Assembly (NCBI GenBank): GCA_964596535.1
Contig: CAZQUR010000002.1
Coordinates: 14,949-78,948, forward strand
Source of the DNA: an uncultured Desulfobacteraceae bacterium
Lineage (GTDB): Bacteria; Desulfobacterota; Desulfobacteria; Desulfobacterales; UBA2156
DNA length: 64,000 nucleotides
Direction: 5' to 3'
Position numbers and translations under genes: made by a program. Positions 28,588-37,168 of this stretch are shown in pieces (position 1 is the first letter of the stretch; each line of letters begins with the position of its first letter). The notes under the pieces were generated by a model that worked only from the letters and a program-made list of their open reading frames with translations, ran no database searches and had not been told where the DNA came from.

Positions 28588-30564
28588 TTACGGGATGATC
28601 TGGATGTAGTCTTTCTTGAACACATCCCATTTCTGTTCTTTCGGGTCGAACTTGGAGTTGACGAAGGCGAACCAGTTGGCGTCGTCCTGACCCGGATGAT
28701 CGGACTGGTAGTAGAAGCCGGGGTACCGGGTCTCTTTCCGGAACTGGATGTGCCGCAGGTGTGCTTCCACCGTCCAGATGCGGTGCAGGATTTCCCATGC
28801 CCGCATCAGTTCGTGGAGATCCCCGGCGGCCAGTTTTTCGCAGTCTTCCCGCATCCATTGGAGCATCTCCATGACGATTTCCAGGTTCTTGTTGGTCGTC
28901 ATGTAGTAGGTGGCGGTTCCGGCGCCGTACTCGTGGGTGGCCTTCATCATCCGGTACATCATGCCGTTGGGCTTGAGGTAGTTGGGGTTGATGTCTTCGG
29001 CCGTGGTGTACGCGGCATTGTCCATATAGGTTCGGACCGGTTTGTAGACGTAGTCGACGATCTGGTCCTTGGTCATCTCGATTTCGGGTTTGAAATCGGC
29101 GTGATCCTTGGCGTAGCGGACCATTTGCTTGACGGCGATCCGGCCTTCGGCATGGGAACCGGAGGAGAATTTGTGGCCGGAGCAGCCCACGCCGTCGCCG
29201 GCGGTGAAAAGCCCGTTGACCGTGGTCATCCGGTTGTAGACCTTGCCGTTGTCGGCCTTGATCTTATAGGCATCCGGGATCCAGTCGAAATCCGGTCCGG
29301 AGACCCAGAAGCCGCAGCAGCCCGAATGGGACCCGAGCAGGTACGGCTCGGTGGGCATGACCTCGGAGTTCTTCTTTTCCGGTTCGGTGTTCGTGGCGCA
29401 CCACAGGTTGGCCTGGCCGCAGGTCATATCCAGAAAGTCTTCCCATGCTTCCGATTCCAGATGCTTGAGTTCCTTTTTGTCCATGGTCTTCCCGAGTTCG
29501 GCCAATGCGGTCACTGTATCCATGATGATGGGGCCGCGGCCTTCCTTCATCTCGAAGAGCATCAGATGGTTCCGCAGGCAGGTGGGGGTGACGGCGGCGG
29601 TACCGTACGGGGCATATTTTTCCAGTTCCTTTTTGGCGGCCTCGCTGGCGGCGAAGTTTTCGCCCAAACCGTTGAGGGTCTTGGCCTTGAAGAGGAGGAA
29701 CCAGGCGCCCACCGGGCCGTAGCCGTCCTTGAACCGGGCCGGGGTGAACCGGTTTTCCATCATGGAAAGCTCGGCACCGACCCGCATCCCCAGATAATAG
29801 GTGGAACCGGAGTTCCACACGGGGTACCAGGCCCGGCCTTTGCCTTCCCCGACGCTCCGGGGCTGGTAGATGTTCACCGCGCCGCCGCAGGCGATCAACG
29901 CGGTCTTGCACTTGATCAGATACACCTTGTTTTCCCGTACCGAGAAGCCGCAGGCGGCGGCGATCTGGTTGGGCTGGTTCTTATCCAGGGCCAGTTCCAC
30001 GATAAAGACCCGCTCCAGGATGTTGTCTTCGCCGATGGCCTTCTTGGCGGCTTCGGCCACGATCCGCTTGTAGGATTCACCGTTGATCATGATCTGCCAT
30101 TTTCCGGTGCGGACCGGCTGGGCGCCGGATTTCAGCGTTCCCATGGACAGTCCCTTTTTCCCGTCGAGGTTTTTGCCCTCGGCGGATTTTTTCCAGACGG
30201 GCAGCCCCCATTCCTCGAACAGGTGCACGGAATCGTCCACGTGGCATCCCAGGTCGAAGATCAGGTCTTCCCGGACGATCCCCATGAGGTCGTTTCTGAC
30301 CATCCGGACATAGTCATCCGGCGTGTTTTCCCCGATATAGGTGTTGATGGCGGAAAGACCCTGCGCCACGGCGCCGGAGCGCTCCATGGCGGCCTTGTCC
30401 ACCAGCAGTACACTCTGGTCATCAGACATCCATTTTTTGGCCTCGAAAGCCGCGCCGCAGGCAGCCATGCCGCCACCGACGATCAGGATATCGACTTCGC
30501 GTTCTTCAAACTCCGGGTCCCTTACGGCCTTGAGTTCCCCTGTGGGTTTGTTCGGTAATGCCAT
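28588..30564 (-). CDS. aprA: adenylylsulfate (APS) reductase alpha subunit
   Basis: 658 aa, FAD fold DILIVGGGMAACGAAFEA, follows aprB, typical AprA length and sequence. Confidence 0.95.
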   Translation of the reverse strand: MALPNKPTGELKAVRDPEFEEREVDILIVGGGMAACGAAFEAKKWMSDDQSVLLVDKAAMERSGAVAQGLSAINTYIGENTPDDYVRMVRNDLMGIVREDLIFDLGCHVDDSVHLFEEWGLPVWKKSAEGKNLDGKKGLSMGTLKSGAQPVRTGKWQIMINGESYKRIVAEAAKKAIGEDNILERVFIVELALDKNQPNQIAAACGFSVRENKVYLIKCKTALIACGGAVNIYQPRSVGEGKGRAWYPVWNSGSTYYLGMRVGAELSMMENRFTPARFKDGYGPVGAWFLLFKAKTLNGLGENFAASEAAKKELEKYAPYGTAAVTPTCLRNHLMLFEMKEGRGPIIMDTVTALAELGKTMDKKELKHLESEAWEDFLDMTCGQANLWCATNTEPEKKNSEVMPTEPYLLGSHSGCCGFWVSGPDFDWIPDAYKIKADNGKVYNRMTTVNGLFTAGDGVGCSGHKFSSGSHAEGRIAVKQMVRYAKDHADFKPEIEMTKDQIVDYVYKPVRTYMDNAAYTTAEDINPNYLKPNGMMYRMMKATHEYGAGTATYYMTTNKNLEIVMEMLQWMREDCEKLAAGDLHELMRAWEILHRIWTVEAHLRHIQFRKETRYPGFYYQSDHPGQDDANWFAFVNSKFDPKEQKWDVFKKDYIQIIP

Positions 30565-30641
30565 GTTTTATCCTCCTTCAAATGATAATGCAAAATGATT
30601 GTACGACTGGACTGCTTTAAGACCCTGCCCAAGACGGTCCT

Positions 30642-31079
30642 CTAGACGAGTTCTTTGGGCTTGGGCATCTGATACCCTTCCGCTTCCTGGGTGGAAAGAA
30701 GCTGGCTTTCAAGGTCTTTTCCTTTCAGGTCTTCGTAGGCATTGGCCGCGCCCTCGGGTGTGGTCCGGATGGGGAACTTGAAGCGTTTGAGGACGCCGTT
30801 TCTGAACTTGCAGGTCCACATCACGTCCTCGGTACCCAGCATCGGCATCACGCTGCTTCCCAGCGGCACGAAATCCGCGTATCCCCGGACTTCAATGGCC
30901 TGGGTGGGGCAGATCTTCACGCATGAAAAACATTCCCAGCACTGATCCGGCTCCTGGTTGTAGGCTTTCATCTCATTGGGTTCCAACACCATGAGATCAT
31001 TGGGGCAGATGTACATGCATGCCGTCTTTTCCCCGCCTTTGCAACCGTCACATTTCTCAGTTATTACGAAACTTGGCAT
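30642..31079 (-). CDS. aprB: adenylylsulfate (APS) reductase beta subunit
   Basis: MPSFVITEKCDGCKGGEKTACMYICPNDLM... and CWECFSCVKICP ferredoxin motifs. GAGGAGG RBS. Confidence 0.95.
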   Translation of the reverse strand: MPSFVITEKCDGCKGGEKTACMYICPNDLMVLEPNEMKAYNQEPDQCWECFSCVKICPTQAIEVRGYADFVPLGSSVMPMLGTEDVMWTCKFRNGVLKRFKFPIRTTPEGAANAYEDLKGKDLESQLLSTQEAEGYQMPKPKELV

Positions 31080-31335
31080 TTACATTACCTCCTCATCATT
31101 TTGGTGCAAAAATAATTTCTTTTGCAGCTTTCTTTCAGTTCTTGGCTCAAAAACACCCAAACACGTTTTCCGCTTTACACCTCCCTTCATTCCGGGCCCT
31201 ATCCGGGTTTCGTCGCCGGGCCGATTTGTCGAATTCCCTTTTCTCTCAGCCAAAGGGTATGCTGTTCCAGCATCAATAAATTAATTCTGATTTCAATCAG
31301 ATGGAATAATCCCTCCCTGCAATAAAGAAAGGATT

Positions 31336-31364
31336 CAGTTACCATCCGGAAGGATTCTTGTCAA
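31336..31364 (-). promoter_or_regulatory. weak sigma70-type promoter candidate for aprBA
   Basis: Minus strand: cTTGACAaga, 17 nt spacer, TAACTG. The -35 context CTTGACAAGA is identical to that of the sat promoter candidate. Implies a leader of about 250 nt. Confidence 0.25.
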
Positions 31365-31619
31365 GCACTTTCACGGCGAAAATTCCATCCGGTTTCATCT
31401 TTTCGCCCATGCGTGAAATTGGCCTTGGATTCCGCGATTTTTATTGACTAAAAAGCGGAAACTGTTACCTCTGGCGGATCGAAGCCTTTCCATTTTCGAA
31501 AAAGAAATTGACGACGTTGTGAAGCCTTTTCGCCTCCACATGGACGCCGGCGTTCGAGTGCCTGGGGGATTCGGCGCAGAAAGGCTTTAACGGAACACAC
31601 CCGGGAAGCGGACACCGGT

Positions 31620-32369
31620 ATGGATGCACAGATGGTCACCGTGGAATCGAATGCCCCTTTTTATTTTTCCTGCCGGAAGGACAGGGACTGTTTCGGAGCG
31701 TGCTGCCGGAACCTCAATCATTTCCTGACGCCCTATGACATCCTTGAAATGAAAATCGCACTGAATCTGTCCTCAACGGAATTTCTTGATCGATACAGCG
31801 TGCGTTACCCCGGCCCCCGCTCCGGCCTTCCGGTGATTTCCTTGCGCTTCGACCGGCATCCGGAGGCCGTCTGCCCCTTTTTGACCCCTTCCGGATGCGA
31901 CATTTATGCCGCCCGCCCCACCGCCTGCCGACTGTATCCTTTGGCCAGGGCGGTCTCGCGCAATCGGAAAACCGGCAGCGCGTCGGAATATTTCGCCCTC
32001 ATCCGGGAATCCTTTTGTCAGGGATTCCATGGAGGGCGGGAGTGGACTCCCGAAAGATGGATCCAAGACCAGGGGGCCGAAAGGCATCTCGAAATGAACG
32101 ATCGCCTCCTGGAACTCATCGCCCTCAAGAATCGCATCTTGCCGGGGCCGCTCCCGCAGGCCCTGCGGCATTTTTTCATCCTGGCCCTGTACGATCTGGA
32201 TCGTTTCCGAGTGGAAGCGGCCGCCGGACGGCTCAGAGGGTACATCACGGAACAAGAAAGCGGCGATGCCGCCGCCTTGGATGATCCAAACCTGTTGGCC
32301 ATGGGGCATCGGTGGGTGGCCCGGCTTTTTGAAGGATGCAACAAGAAGGATCGACCCCATGAAGATTGA
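31620..32369 (+). CDS. YkgJ-family cysteine-cluster protein (CxxCxxCC, UPF0153)
   Basis: FSCRKDRDCFGACCRNLN and CPFLTPSGCDIYAARPTACRLYPL motifs. The start codon is uncertain (ATG 31620 or 31632, no clear SD). Confidence 0.7.
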   Translation: MDAQMVTVESNAPFYFSCRKDRDCFGACCRNLNHFLTPYDILEMKIALNLSSTEFLDRYSVRYPGPRSGLPVISLRFDRHPEAVCPFLTPSGCDIYAARPTACRLYPLARAVSRNRKTGSASEYFALIRESFCQGFHGGREWTPERWIQDQGAERHLEMNDRLLELIALKNRILPGPLPQALRHFFILALYDLDRFRVEAAAGRLRGYITEQESGDAAALDDPNLLAMGHRWVARLFEGCNKKDRPHED

Positions 32370-33174
32370 GGGAAAAGTCGCCCTGGTCCTGGGATCCGTT
32401 AAAGGCATCGGTAAGGGCATCGCCGAGGCCCTTGCCCGGAAAGGGGCAAAGATCGCCGCCGTCTACTGGGACTGGGAAACGCATCTTGAGACCTTGAAAA
32501 AGGACCTTGAGGCCGCCGGGGTCGAACCCTTTATCCTGAAAGTGGATTTGCGAAAAACGGAAAAGATCCCCGCCATGGTAGCGGCGGTGGCCGCCCATTT
32601 CGGCGGTATGCACATTCTCATCAACAATATTGAACGGGGCGGGTGGCCCGTCGTGCACGGACCTTACGTCCAGGAACAATGGGACCTGGAGATGGAAACC
32701 ACCCTCAGGGCCAAATGGTGGGTCTTCAACGCGGCCCTTCCCCATTTGAAGGCGTCGGGGGAGGGGGTGGTCGTGAACTTGTCTTCTATTGCCGGCCTCG
32801 TGGGAAGGAGCGGTCCGGCGGCGCACGTCTTCAATGACGGATACGCCGCGGCCAACCGGGGGGTTTCCCTTTTCACCGAGACCTGGGCCCGAATGGGCGC
32901 CCCCCGGGTGCGCGTCAACGAAATCATGCTGGGATTCGTGGCAACGCGCCACGGACCCGGCACCCGGGGTTGGGGCTTGTTGACAAAGGCGCAGAAGGCC
33001 GACCTCCTTCACCACACCCTCATGGGAAGGGTCGGGAGCATTCAGGACGTGGTGAAAGCGGTGGAATTCATCATCGAAGAGGCCCCGTTTATGACCGGAA
33101 GCGTCCTGCGCCTGGACGGCGGATACGTGCTGGGCGGCGAGCCGGTGCCGCCCGTGCCGCCGGGGGATTTATAG
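32359..33174 (+). CDS. SDR family oxidoreductase
   Basis: MKIEGKVALVLGSVKGIGKGIAEAL (TGxxxGxG-like), NLSSIAG, YAAAN (YxxxN variant of YxxxK). ATG 32359 overlaps the upstream gene by 11 nt. Confidence 0.8.
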   Translation: MKIEGKVALVLGSVKGIGKGIAEALARKGAKIAAVYWDWETHLETLKKDLEAAGVEPFILKVDLRKTEKIPAMVAAVAAHFGGMHILINNIERGGWPVVHGPYVQEQWDLEMETTLRAKWWVFNAALPHLKASGEGVVVNLSSIAGLVGRSGPAAHVFNDGYAAANRGVSLFTETWARMGAPRVRVNEIMLGFVATRHGPGTRGWGLLTKAQKADLLHHTLMGRVGSIQDVVKAVEFIIEEAPFMTGSVLRLDGGYVLGGEPVPPVPPGDL

Positions 33175-33219
33175 GACCGGGCGGGGCGTTTCCAGGGGCT
33201 TTTTCCGGTCCTGTCGCGC

Positions 33220-34008
33220 CTATCCAGGTCCTGTCTTGAAATGCGGGCCGGGAATCCCCCACACCAGGTATCTGACCCAGTCGAACCCGAATTTCAGCAA
33301 TTCAATATCGTCTTTTTGAATCTGCTTCACCACAGCGGGCGCCATGGGGTAGCGTTTCAGAAAGGAGCTGCCAAACACAAACTCCCGAAACCGGTCGATA
33401 TTATAAACCGCCATGAAGGCCATCTTCCCCTTCGGGCTCGACAGGCCGGCTTCTTCCCAGGGGTTTTCTCGAAATAGACGCTTGAGATCGCTCCAAAGGA
33501 CCGTCATCTCATTATAAAGCCCCGCATTTTGATCTTCGGACCACGTCCCGGGGGTCCAGGATGTCTTTTCCAGGGGTCCCAGACAGAACTCAAAGGGACG
33601 GAGAAAATGGACCAGCCGGGTTTCGCCGGCGGCGGCGTCGAAGAACCGGCCCTGTTCCAAAGGATAGAGCCGGCAGGTATGAGGCCGGTGGGCATACACG
33701 GTGCAACCGGAAGGTGAAAGAAAGACGCAAGGCTTTTCCTTTTCATCGGCCATTTTAAGGAGGACATCCGGAAAATGGGTTTCGTCTCTGAGAACCACGT
33801 CCACATAGCCTTCCAGAAACTCATCGGAACGGATTCCCAGTGCCTTCCTGAGCCGTAAGACATCATACGGATGCAAAAACAGATTCAGGTTTCGACAGCA
33901 CCGGTTGAAACAGCCGATTTTGGGATGACAGGAAAACTGAAAAACCGTATGGAAATCCAGGCATTTCCCCGGAAGGTTTTCCAGTTGGATATCTTCAAAA
34001 TACTTCAT
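33220..34008 (-). CDS. YkgJ-family cysteine-cluster protein, paralog of 31620..32369
   Basis: FSCHPKIGCFNRCCRNLNLFLHPYDVL and CVFLSPSGCTVYAHRPHTCRLYPL, plus a shared C-terminal region (WTPGTW..DQNA, YNIDRFR). ATG 34008 overlaps the upstream stop (ATGA). Confidence 0.7.
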   Translation of the reverse strand: MKYFEDIQLENLPGKCLDFHTVFQFSCHPKIGCFNRCCRNLNLFLHPYDVLRLRKALGIRSDEFLEGYVDVVLRDETHFPDVLLKMADEKEKPCVFLSPSGCTVYAHRPHTCRLYPLEQGRFFDAAAGETRLVHFLRPFEFCLGPLEKTSWTPGTWSEDQNAGLYNEMTVLWSDLKRLFRENPWEEAGLSSPKGKMAFMAVYNIDRFREFVFGSSFLKRYPMAPAVVKQIQKDDIELLKFGFDWVRYLVWGIPGPHFKTGPG

Positions 34009-34661
34009 GGCGTTTTGTGGATCCCCCCGCCCTGAAGGCGGGGCTCGCAAGAAGCATTCCGGTCAAAATCCAGAAGCATCCCGGCCACCGTCATTTTGAT
34101 CCCCCGGGAGACCCCCATCGTCTTTCGGAGATTTTGCTCAAGGGCGGACAGCGCCTTGTAAAAGGGCGTCCGATCAAAGGGCACATAAGAAACGGCCCCG
34201 AAGGTTTGTGTGAATACGGGGCATCCCGGACCCCGAAGCACCGGTTTCCCCGGCGTGTGGAGTTCATAAGGGATGCCGTGGAGCCGGCAGATCATGGGGC
34301 GCCACGCGTATAAAATGCAGTCGCCTTTATCGTTGAGGGGGCAGAATGCGTCGAATGAAAGCGTTGCCGCATCAGAGTTTTCCATTCGCCGCTGGTAGAC
34401 CCCGGCCCGGTGAAGCACGTCCTGCCGAAGGTGGGCCGCCAGTTTCCGATACCCCGCCTGCAGGTAATGGTATTCGAGAAAGGTATAATGAAAAAAACGC
34501 GTCCGGCAACAGCTGTCCGTGCAGCCGGTGCAATAAAAGCCGTAGTCCGCCGCCGTTTCCGAATAGGCCTGATCCATCTCGGCATACAAGCGATCCAGGT
34601 TGCCAAGGAACCCATTCAATGCTTCCGGACGGCCGTCGAATTCCTCAGGGGTGGGATTCAT
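34005..34661 (-). CDS. YkgJ-family cysteine-cluster protein (divergent third copy)
   Basis: YCTGCTDSCCRTRF and CPLNDKGDCILYAWRPMICRLHG motifs. Confidence 0.65.
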   Translation of the reverse strand: MNPTPEEFDGRPEALNGFLGNLDRLYAEMDQAYSETAADYGFYCTGCTDSCCRTRFFHYTFLEYHYLQAGYRKLAAHLRQDVLHRAGVYQRRMENSDAATLSFDAFCPLNDKGDCILYAWRPMICRLHGIPYELHTPGKPVLRGPGCPVFTQTFGAVSYVPFDRTPFYKALSALEQNLRKTMGVSRGIKMTVAGMLLDFDRNASCEPRLQGGGIHKTP

Positions 34662-34670
34662 CGGAAGGGC

Positions 34671-35741
34671 TTAAACAATGGGTTCGGGAAAAAAGATTTT
34701 ATGGTACAGGGCCAGCGCGTAGCGGTCCGTCATGGAAGCCATAAAATCACAGACGCGGCGCTCCCGGTTTTCCGGGGAGGCGGGGATTCCCCCCAGTCCC
34801 ATGCGCTTGAGTTCTTTTTCAAAGAATTCGTCTTCGGTCATAAAAAAAGAAAACAGCTCGGAAAGGATCTTTTTGGCCTTGATGAATTCCCGGTGGACCG
34901 GCTTTGCCCGGTAGACGTTGTCGTACAGAAAATGCCGCAGCTCACTCATGGCCCCAAAGACTTCATCGCTCATGTTCAAAAGAAACTCCCCGGTGGAAGG
35001 GGTGCTGGTCTTGATGACATCCATGATCATGGTGGTGGCCCGTTCAATGTGGTTGTTCCCCAGGATCGTGACGCAAGAGGCCGGGACCTGGTCCCGGGTG
35101 ATGACGCCGCTGCGGATGGCGTCTTCAAGGTCATGATTCAGGTAGGCGATGATATCCGCGATGCGTACGACGCGACCTTCATGTGTGCATGGAAGTTCTT
35201 CAGGGTTGTTCGGGATGATCTTCCCGTATCCTTTGGAATGTTTCAGGATGCCGTCGCGCACCTCAAAGGTCAGGTTTAGGCCGTCACCGTTGTTTTCCAG
35301 GACATCCACCACTCTCAGACCCTGTTCATGGTGGGAAAAGCCTCCGGAGCAGATCTCTTTGAGAATGACTTCCCCGCCGTGCCCGAAAGGGGGGTGCCCC
35401 AGGTCATGGGCCAGGGCGATGGCCTCCACCAGATCTTCATTCAGGCGCATGGCGCGGGCGATGGTAGTGGCGATCTGGGCCACCTCCAGGGTATGGGTCA
35501 AGCGGGTCCGGTACTGGTCCCCGAGGGGGGATAAAAAGACCTGGGTTTTGTATTTGAGTCTTCGAAAGGCATTGGAATAAACGATGCGAAACTTGTCCAG
35601 CTGAAAGGCCGTACGGACCGGGCACGAGGCTTCCCCGCGCAGGCGTCCCCGGGTCCGGGAACTCAGGCAGGCAAAGGCTGCCAAAAAGGTGCATTCGCGT
35701 TTTTCAAAATCTTCTCGGATCGAAATGGGGGTGAGCAACAC
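34671..35741 (-). CDS. dgt: dGTP triphosphohydrolase-like HD-domain protein
   Basis: FRRLKYKTQVF...RTRLTHTLEVAQIATTIARAM...LAHDLGHPPFGHGGE canonical dGTPase/HD motifs. Confidence 0.88.
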   Translation of the reverse strand: MLLTPISIREDFEKRECTFLAAFACLSSRTRGRLRGEASCPVRTAFQLDKFRIVYSNAFRRLKYKTQVFLSPLGDQYRTRLTHTLEVAQIATTIARAMRLNEDLVEAIALAHDLGHPPFGHGGEVILKEICSGGFSHHEQGLRVVDVLENNGDGLNLTFEVRDGILKHSKGYGKIIPNNPEELPCTHEGRVVRIADIIAYLNHDLEDAIRSGVITRDQVPASCVTILGNNHIERATTMIMDVIKTSTPSTGEFLLNMSDEVFGAMSELRHFLYDNVYRAKPVHREFIKAKKILSELFSFFMTEDEFFEKELKRMGLGGIPASPENRERRVCDFMASMTDRYALALYHKIFFPEPIV

Positions 35742-35917
35742 CTTCGAAAACCCTTTCCTAACGTATCGTTGATCAATCCTAAAACCCGAAAAACCATTCT
35801 TTCGAAATTTACGCTTTTATCGCCCTTACAATACGCATTATCCCAAATGGGGTGGGTCAAGTAAAGGACTATTTGTGTTTTCCGAACAGAACCGCTATGA
35901 TGGCTTTAAAATGAGGT

Positions 35918-36496
35918 TTGGAAAGAAGTGAACAGCGGTGCAGGATGAACGGCCACCATCTTATACTGGGAGAACGGGTGGATTTTTTGACCGGGACGGT
36001 CCTGAATGACACCCACGATGAGCGGTATCGCCAGGCGCTCGCGCGGCTCCTCGTGGAGCAAAAAGGGTATCTCAAAAGCGACATCACACCCCGGATTCCC
36101 TTGACACTCGAAGCCGGTGAAAATCGGGCGCGGATTTTCATCGATTTCAAAGTGACGCTTGTAGAAAAAGACGCCATGGTCATCCGCTACGGACCCGGTT
36201 CTTTGGTGACCCGGCGGCGTCCGGCCCTGGCGGCGTCCCGGCTCCTTGCCCCTTACCAGATTCCCGTGGTCGTGGTCACCAACGGTCAAGACGCGGAAAT
36301 TCTTTACGGAAAAAGCGGGGAAGTCGCGGCCCAGGGACTCGACGCCATTCCCGACCGGGAGGCGCTGATTCAGTGGATCGCCGGTCACGACTTTGAACCC
36401 ATCTCCTTCCACCGGACCCGGATGGAGCAACGAATCCTTTATGTTTACGAAGTGGACGGAAGCTGTCCCTGCGATGATACCATCTGTCGATTGTGA
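35918..36496 (+). CDS. HsdR N-terminal-like (PD-(D/E)xK fold) domain protein
   Basis: Pattern RIFIDFKVTLVEKD (D...ExK-like) and overall resemblance to small 'type I restriction enzyme HsdR N-terminal domain' proteins. The start may be ATG 35945. Confidence 0.45.
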   Translation: MERSEQRCRMNGHHLILGERVDFLTGTVLNDTHDERYRQALARLLVEQKGYLKSDITPRIPLTLEAGENRARIFIDFKVTLVEKDAMVIRYGPGSLVTRRRPALAASRLLAPYQIPVVVVTNGQDAEILYGKSGEVAAQGLDAIPDREALIQWIAGHDFEPISFHRTRMEQRILYVYEVDGSCPCDDTICRL

Positions 36497-36503
36497 AGCA
36501 ACC

Positions 36504-37013
36504 ATGGCGTCCGATCGGCACACGGTCTTCATGGAACGGGCGATCAGGGAGGCCGAATGTGCACTCCTCCGGGGGGAATTTCCCGTGGGATGTGTGATCG
36601 TGGCCGGCGATCGTGTGGTGGCTACGGGCTTCCGTCAACGTACGGCAGGCCCCGGAGCCAGTGAAATTCACCATGCGGAGATCATCGCTCTCAAAGGCCT
36701 CGCCCATTCGGGGACCCTTTCCGACCACAGGCCCATGACCCTTTACGCCACCTTGGAACCCTGCCTCATGTGTTACGGCGCCATCCTGCTCAGCGGGATC
36801 CGGGAAATCGTCTATGCGTTTGAAGACGTCATGGGCGGCGGAACCCAGTGTGATTTGACCCGGCTGGCGCCGTTGTACCGGATTCGCGCCGTGACCCTCG
36901 TCCCTCATGTGCTTCGGGAAAAAAGCCTCTCGCTTTTAAAAGCCTATTTCAACAATCCGAAGAACCGATACTGGCGGGAGAGTCTCTTGGCCGGATACAC
37001 CTTGAACCAGTAG
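36504..37013 (+). CDS. nucleoside/tRNA-adenosine deaminase family (CMP/dCMP deaminase zinc-binding)
   Basis: HAEIIAL and TLEPCLMCYGAIL zinc motifs. ATG 36504 lies 8 nt after the upstream stop. Confidence 0.8.
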   Translation: MASDRHTVFMERAIREAECALLRGEFPVGCVIVAGDRVVATGFRQRTAGPGASEIHHAEIIALKGLAHSGTLSDHRPMTLYATLEPCLMCYGAILLSGIREIVYAFEDVMGGGTQCDLTRLAPLYRIRAVTLVPHVLREKSLSLLKAYFNNPKNRYWRESLLAGYTLNQ

Positions 37014-37168
37014 GCGAAACGGAATGTCCGTAAAAGAAGACCCCGGGGTTCCAGATTGCACTTTTTACTTGCATTTCGGAATCTTCTTGTATATCAGCGT
37101 CAACAAAACACTGGCGCTCCCGTAGGGAAATCAGGGGAGGAAAAGACGAACCCATAAGCAGACAGGAG

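Noticed and set aside
31080-31190. 36-codon basic uORF (MKGGVKRKTCLGVF...EEVM*) on the minus strand, ending at the TAA that abuts the aprB ATG. Also two uORFs of 23-24 codons further upstream.
   Set aside because: None has a convincing SD, and I cannot assess their conservation. Most likely chance ORFs in the AT-rich leader. Kept only as a note in the apr leader finding.
33175-33219. GGACCGG...CCGGTCC inverted repeat between the convergent SDR and YkgJ-2 genes, considered as a terminator.
   Set aside because: The loop is long (about 24 nt) and no U-run follows on either strand. Too weak to call.
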